DNA of 64,000 nucleotides from contig MHEE01000015.1 of NCBI GenBank assembly GCA_001805105.1, forward strand, positions 294,024 through 358,023, read 5' to 3'. The translations under genes were made by a program, and so were the position numbers. The first letter of the stretch is position 1, and each line of letters opens with the position of its first letter. The notes under the pieces were generated by a model. That model did not search any database and had not been told where the DNA came from. It saw nothing but the letters and a program-made list of their open reading frames with translations. Shown one piece after another: positions 59,965 to 64,000 of this stretch. Source of the DNA: Nitrospirae bacterium GWF2_44_13. Its GTDB lineage: Bacteria; Nitrospirota; Thermodesulfovibrionia; Thermodesulfovibrionales; UBA1546.

Positions 59965-59969
59965 ATTAA

Positions 59970-60058
59970 CAAGATGCAGGATACAAGATACATGATACAT
60001 GATAAAGAAAAAACCAAGTTAGGCATCGTGCATCGTGCATCATGCATCATGCATCGTG
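59970..60058 (+). repeat. Family A copy 10 (prepilin leader)
   Basis: CAAGATG-CAGGATA-CAAGATA-CATGATA x2 ... CATCGTG/CATCATG x5. Confidence 0.88.
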
Positions 60059-60573
60059 ATAACAAAGGCATTACCCTCATTGAGATGGTCCTTGGCATGG
60101 TGCTCATAGGCATTGTTGCGCTTGTTGTGGCTAATGCGCTCTCAACAGGGATTACGGGATTTTTTGTAGTGGACAACCGCAAAGAGGCCCTTGATCAGAC
60201 AAGGGTTGCGATGGATAGGATGACAAAAGAGATAAGGAACTTAAAAAATAGCGCAAGCGTAACGACAGGAAGCGCAACGCAGTTCTGCTTCACAATGTTG
60301 GACGGCACAAATAACAACGTATTGGTAAATTACAGCTATGTAGATCCTAATATCAGACGCGAAGAGGGAGGCGCTTGCGTTGCTGGAAACGGTCAAACCC
60401 TTGCAACTAATATAGCAGCAGCCACTTTCTCCTTTGCGTACATTCAGGCAAATGGAACTGAAGGGAGCACGTTTTCTTCCGTCACTACAAAAAGAATCAA
60501 GATTGTAATTCCGTGCACCATCTCAAGTGAAACCGTCACGCTTGAGACAGAGGTCTGGCCGCGGAATCTGTGA
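59974..60573 (+). CDS. Type IV minor pilin (PilW/MshO-like) with repeat-derived leader
   Basis: DNKG|ITLIE, R.AMDRM.KEIR, C-terminal V.PRN. Confidence 0.85.
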   Translation: MQDTRYMIHDKEKTKLGIVHRASCIMHRDNKGITLIEMVLGMVLIGIVALVVANALSTGITGFFVVDNRKEALDQTRVAMDRMTKEIRNLKNSASVTTGSATQFCFTMLDGTNNNVLVNYSYVDPNIRREEGGACVAGNGQTLATNIAAATFSFAYIQANGTEGSTFSSVTTKRIKIVIPCTISSETVTLETEVWPRNL

Positions 60574-60585
60574 TATAATTTTTAT

Positions 60586-61518
60586 ATGAAACATAAACTA
60601 TCAAATAACTCCGGCTTTTCCATTGTAGCAACTGTGATGATTATGATGATACTTGCGCTTTTTGCCGCTGCTGCCGTCTCTCTTATTACAACCGCAGCAG
60701 GCACCGGCATTCAGGAAGAGCGTGGCACGCAGGCTTTTTATATTGCAGACGGAGGAATGCAGTACACACTCAAGAAAAACACTTATCCGGATTATGATAC
60801 TGCTGCTTCGTCAATACCTCTCGGAGACGGCTCGTTCACTGTCACTGTTCCAACGCTTACTTCAGATGCGGCAGTAGGGGACACATCTCTATCTGTATCC
60901 TCCACAGACGGTTTTACCGCAGCGCCAGACAGCAGTTACTGGACGCTGATATGCGGGGTAACAGGCACGCCGAGACCGACTGTCGGAATGAGTTTTGACT
61001 GTGAAAAAATAAGCTGTACTTCCAAATTCTCAAGCTGCACAAGGGGAAGGGACAGCACAGACGCCGCCGCGCATCCTTCTAATTCCGTTGTCATGATGTA
61101 TTCATGGGATACAGGAAAGACAACAACCTTAGCCCAGGCTCTTGTGCCGGGCGCTAAGTGCACAGGCGCTTCTCCAAAAATATGCGTCACTGACACATCG
61201 CCTTTTGCCGATTCCGGTTTTATCAGGATATATAATGCTACTGAAAACAATATAGAGGATGTTTTCTATGACGGCATCGGCAGCGGCACAGGCACATGCG
61301 GCGGCGGCTGCACAGCATGTCTGGGAACTAACGGATGCACAAGAAGGGCTTTTGACGGCAATGGGAATGGAACAGTCAATCATATATCCGGCACTGCGAT
61401 TTATCAGTCTGAATTCAGCGTGCTTACCACATCAACTGGTATAGTTCCTGGATCAATTTTAACAGGCAACATAAAACGGGTTGTACAGGGCAGTATCCTG
61501 TCGCTTAAGGATCCATAG
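60586..61518 (+). CDS. Type IV minor pilin (PilX/MshP-like)
   Basis: NSG|FSIVA (no Glu5), QAFYIA.GG motif; Cys-rich body. Confidence 0.8.
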   Translation: MKHKLSNNSGFSIVATVMIMMILALFAAAAVSLITTAAGTGIQEERGTQAFYIADGGMQYTLKKNTYPDYDTAASSIPLGDGSFTVTVPTLTSDAAVGDTSLSVSSTDGFTAAPDSSYWTLICGVTGTPRPTVGMSFDCEKISCTSKFSSCTRGRDSTDAAAHPSNSVVMMYSWDTGKTTTLAQALVPGAKCTGASPKICVTDTSPFADSGFIRIYNATENNIEDVFYDGIGSGTGTCGGGCTACLGTNGCTRRAFDGNGNGTVNHISGTAIYQSEFSVLTTSTGIVPGSILTGNIKRVVQGSILSLKDP

Positions 61519-61520
61519 GA

Positions 61521-64000
61521 ATGAAAAAACATTTTCTCATAGGCTTAATAACTTCACTCTTAATGCTGGTCTCTGCATTGACAATTGTGAACGACGCACA
61601 GGCCGCGCCGCCGACTTTTCAGGCAGCGGGAACCGCAGTCAGCAGTATAGGCACAGCCAGTCCGGCGTGGCCGGCGCACGAAATAAATGATGTCGCTCTT
61701 CTTTTTGTTGAGAGCACAGGCGGCCAAGCTGCAACTCTTTCTGCGCCGGCAGGATTCGTTGCACTAACAAACAGTCCGCAGGCTACGGGCGCCGGCACAG
61801 CAGGAACACGAATTACCGTGTTCTGGGCGCGCGCTACGTCCTCTTCAATGTCAACGCCTACTATTGCCGATGCCGGCAACCATGTTTACGCACAAATCAT
61901 CACGTACAGGGGCGTAATCACCACCTGTAATCCTTTTGACATAACTGGCGGCGGCGTCAAGGCAGTGGCCAGCACATCTGTCACTGTGACTGGCGTCACA
62001 ACAACAGTAGCAGACACGCTCATTGTTCAGGCTGTTGCGCGTGACAACGCATCGGCAGCAGCACAGTTCAATTCTCAGACAAATGCGAATCTAACGAGCA
62101 TAGCCGAGCGCGCTGATGCAGGAACAGCTCAAGGCAATGGCGGCGGCTTTGCTGTATGGGATGGCGTCATGGCAGCAGCAGGCGCAACAGGGGATACTAC
62201 CGCGAACATTGATAACTCTGTTGTCAATGCGTTCCTGACAATTGCCCTGAAGCCGCCAACCACTGGAATACCGGCTTACAAGTCAGAAGGGACTGCAGAC
62301 AGCGGCACAGGCACAGCCACTCCTGCATGGCCTACTCATGCAATAGACGACCTTGCGCTTCTTTTTGTTGAGAGCGCCGGGGGCGAAGCTGTCACGCTTT
62401 CTGATGCCCAGGGATTCAGCGCAGTATTAAACAGTCCTCAGGCAACCGGCGCAGGCACAGCAGGAACACGGCTTTCTGTATTCTGGGCGCGCGCCACATC
62501 AACAAGTATGGCGGCGCCTACTGTTGCTGACCCCGGCAACCATGTTTACGCACAAATTTTAACCTACAGCGGCGTAACAACTTCCGGCGACCCGTGGAAC
62601 GTAACAGGCGGCGGCGTCAAGGCAGTTGCCAGCACGTCTGTCACTGTGACCGGCGTTACAACCACAGTAGCAAACACACTTATTGTTCAGGCTGTTTCCA
62701 GGGACAACGACTCAGCAGCAGCAGCGTTCAGCGCTCAGACAAATGCAACCCTGTTATGCGTCAGCACTGATGAGCGAACCGATGCAGGAACAGCTTCAGG
62801 CAACGGCGGCGGTTTTGCTGTATGGGATGACGCGAAGCCAACAGCAGGCGCAACAGGGGATACTACCGTGACTGTTACGTCAAGCATTAACGCCTTTCTG
62901 ACTATTGCCCTGAGGCCCCCTTCCTTCGGAGCGCCGAACAAGCTGGCATTTTTACAGCAACCGGGCAATACCATATTCAATAGCGCCATAACACCGGCTG
63001 TAACAGTAGAAATTCAGGATGTAGACGGAAACCGGGTTGCGACAGCAACAAATTCAGTCACCATAGCTATTGGCACTAACCCTGCGGGCGGAACCTTGAG
63101 CGGCACGCTAACTGTTAATGCTGTGGCAGGGGTGGCGACATTCAACGACCTGTCTATCAACAATGCTGGAGACGGCTACACACTAACGGCCAGTTCAGGC
63201 GGGCTGACCGGCGCCACCAGCAACGCGTTCAATATAACTACCGGAGCTTACGGCTTAACACAATGCGCGGGTTCGCGATTTGGCGGTGACCTGGGCTGCA
63301 CTGCCAACGATGTTCAGATAACCAATATATCAGTTGTCGGCGGCCTTGCATCCTGCGAAGGCGGCAGCACCATCACAGTGGACCTTGCTATCACAGTCAA
63401 TTCGGGATCGCCCAACCGTTATGACGTCGGCGTTTTTATTTCCAACGACGGCACAGACCCGCAGTTGGCCTCGGCTGCCAGTTGTACCGTGGGGATTCTG
63501 CCAACCACTGACCCTCCATTCCGTAACACAGACCCCGGACCGTGGAGCGGCACATTAGACATCTGCGGCGACGTCAACGGCACCATGAATGGCGGCACCG
63601 GCTCCGGCACTTTCACAATATATAACGTAAATATACTCTGCAAGTCCCTCACCGGAAGCGGGGGTAACTTATACATTCCATTCGTTGTGAGTTGGGATCA
63701 GCAATCAAGCCCCAGCGGTGCAACTTGCACATCCATCGCTAATCCGGTGCCGGGAACTGTATCCAAATGCAACGCTCCGCTTATCGCCCAAGGGACAGTC
63801 AATGTCGTGGTTCTGCCGACAATCACCAAGACCGATAACAAAACAACACTTTCACCCGGCGAAATCACCAACTATACTGTTGTCATCAGCAATACAACAG
63901 GCACTACATTAACCAACGTGGTCTTCAAAGACCCTGAAGTAACAGGCCTCACTGCCAACAGCGTAACCTGCTCCGGAGCAGCGTGTCCTTGTGCGAGCTG
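61521..64000 (+). CDS. Large secreted adhesin-like protein (partial, >826 aa)
   Basis: Open from ATG 61521 to window end; signal peptide ..AQA; two ~220-aa repeats, Ig-like KLAF.QQP domain, Cys-rich domain, DUF11-like ITKTD...YTVVISN. Confidence 0.85.
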   Translation, partial: MKKHFLIGLITSLLMLVSALTIVNDAQAAPPTFQAAGTAVSSIGTASPAWPAHEINDVALLFVESTGGQAATLSAPAGFVALTNSPQATGAGTAGTRITVFWARATSSSMSTPTIADAGNHVYAQIITYRGVITTCNPFDITGGGVKAVASTSVTVTGVTTTVADTLIVQAVARDNASAAAQFNSQTNANLTSIAERADAGTAQGNGGGFAVWDGVMAAAGATGDTTANIDNSVVNAFLTIALKPPTTGIPAYKSEGTADSGTGTATPAWPTHAIDDLALLFVESAGGEAVTLSDAQGFSAVLNSPQATGAGTAGTRLSVFWARATSTSMAAPTVADPGNHVYAQILTYSGVTTSGDPWNVTGGGVKAVASTSVTVTGVTTTVANTLIVQAVSRDNDSAAAAFSAQTNATLLCVSTDERTDAGTASGNGGGFAVWDDAKPTAGATGDTTVTVTSSINAFLTIALRPPSFGAPNKLAFLQQPGNTIFNSAITPAVTVEIQDVDGNRVATATNSVTIAIGTNPAGGTLSGTLTVNAVAGVATFNDLSINNAGDGYTLTASSGGLTGATSNAFNITTGAYGLTQCAGSRFGGDLGCTANDVQITNISVVGGLASCEGGSTITVDLAITVNSGSPNRYDVGVFISNDGTDPQLASAASCTVGILPTTDPPFRNTDPGPWSGTLDICGDVNGTMNGGTGSGTFTIYNVNILCKSLTGSGGNLYIPFVVSWDQQSSPSGATCTSIANPVPGTVSKCNAPLIAQGTVNVVVLPTITKTDNKTTLSPGEITNYTVVISNTTGTTLTNVVFKDPEVTGLTANSVTCSGAACPCAS

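Overview
A 64-kb, gene-dense bacterial chromosomal segment. Gene content and style suggest an anaerobic Nitrospirota (Thermodesulfovibrionia-like) organism; this is inference only. It is mostly housekeeping: xerC-hslVU, argB/argC, radA, rplM-rpsI, nadC, valS, pepA, ribD, aconitase, miaA, rlmN, hemB, fabG-acpP-fabF, galU, lon, thiL, rimO, rplI-dnaB and five tRNAs. It also carries a selenocysteine formate dehydrogenase operon (NuoE/NuoF-like subunits, FdhA with in-frame UGA and SECIS, fhs), several toxin-antitoxin modules, RomR-like and SgmX-like proteins, and a minor-pilin/adhesin cluster running off the right end. The most striking feature is a set of dispersed palindromic micro-repeat elements. 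A heptamer family (CAGGATA/CAAGATG...CATCATG) has 10 copies, 9 translated in frame, all in sense orientation. An octamer family (ATTCACCG) has 5 copies, and smaller GC-rich hairpins are sometimes nested inside these. They add stereotyped peptides to RimO (3 times), ThiL, ValS, MiaA, RlmN and HslU, and build the start codons and cleaved leaders of two lipoproteins and three prepilins. Several 150-185-nt structured intergenic elements are also present, one in two diverged copies. All calls come from reading the sequence; no searches were run.
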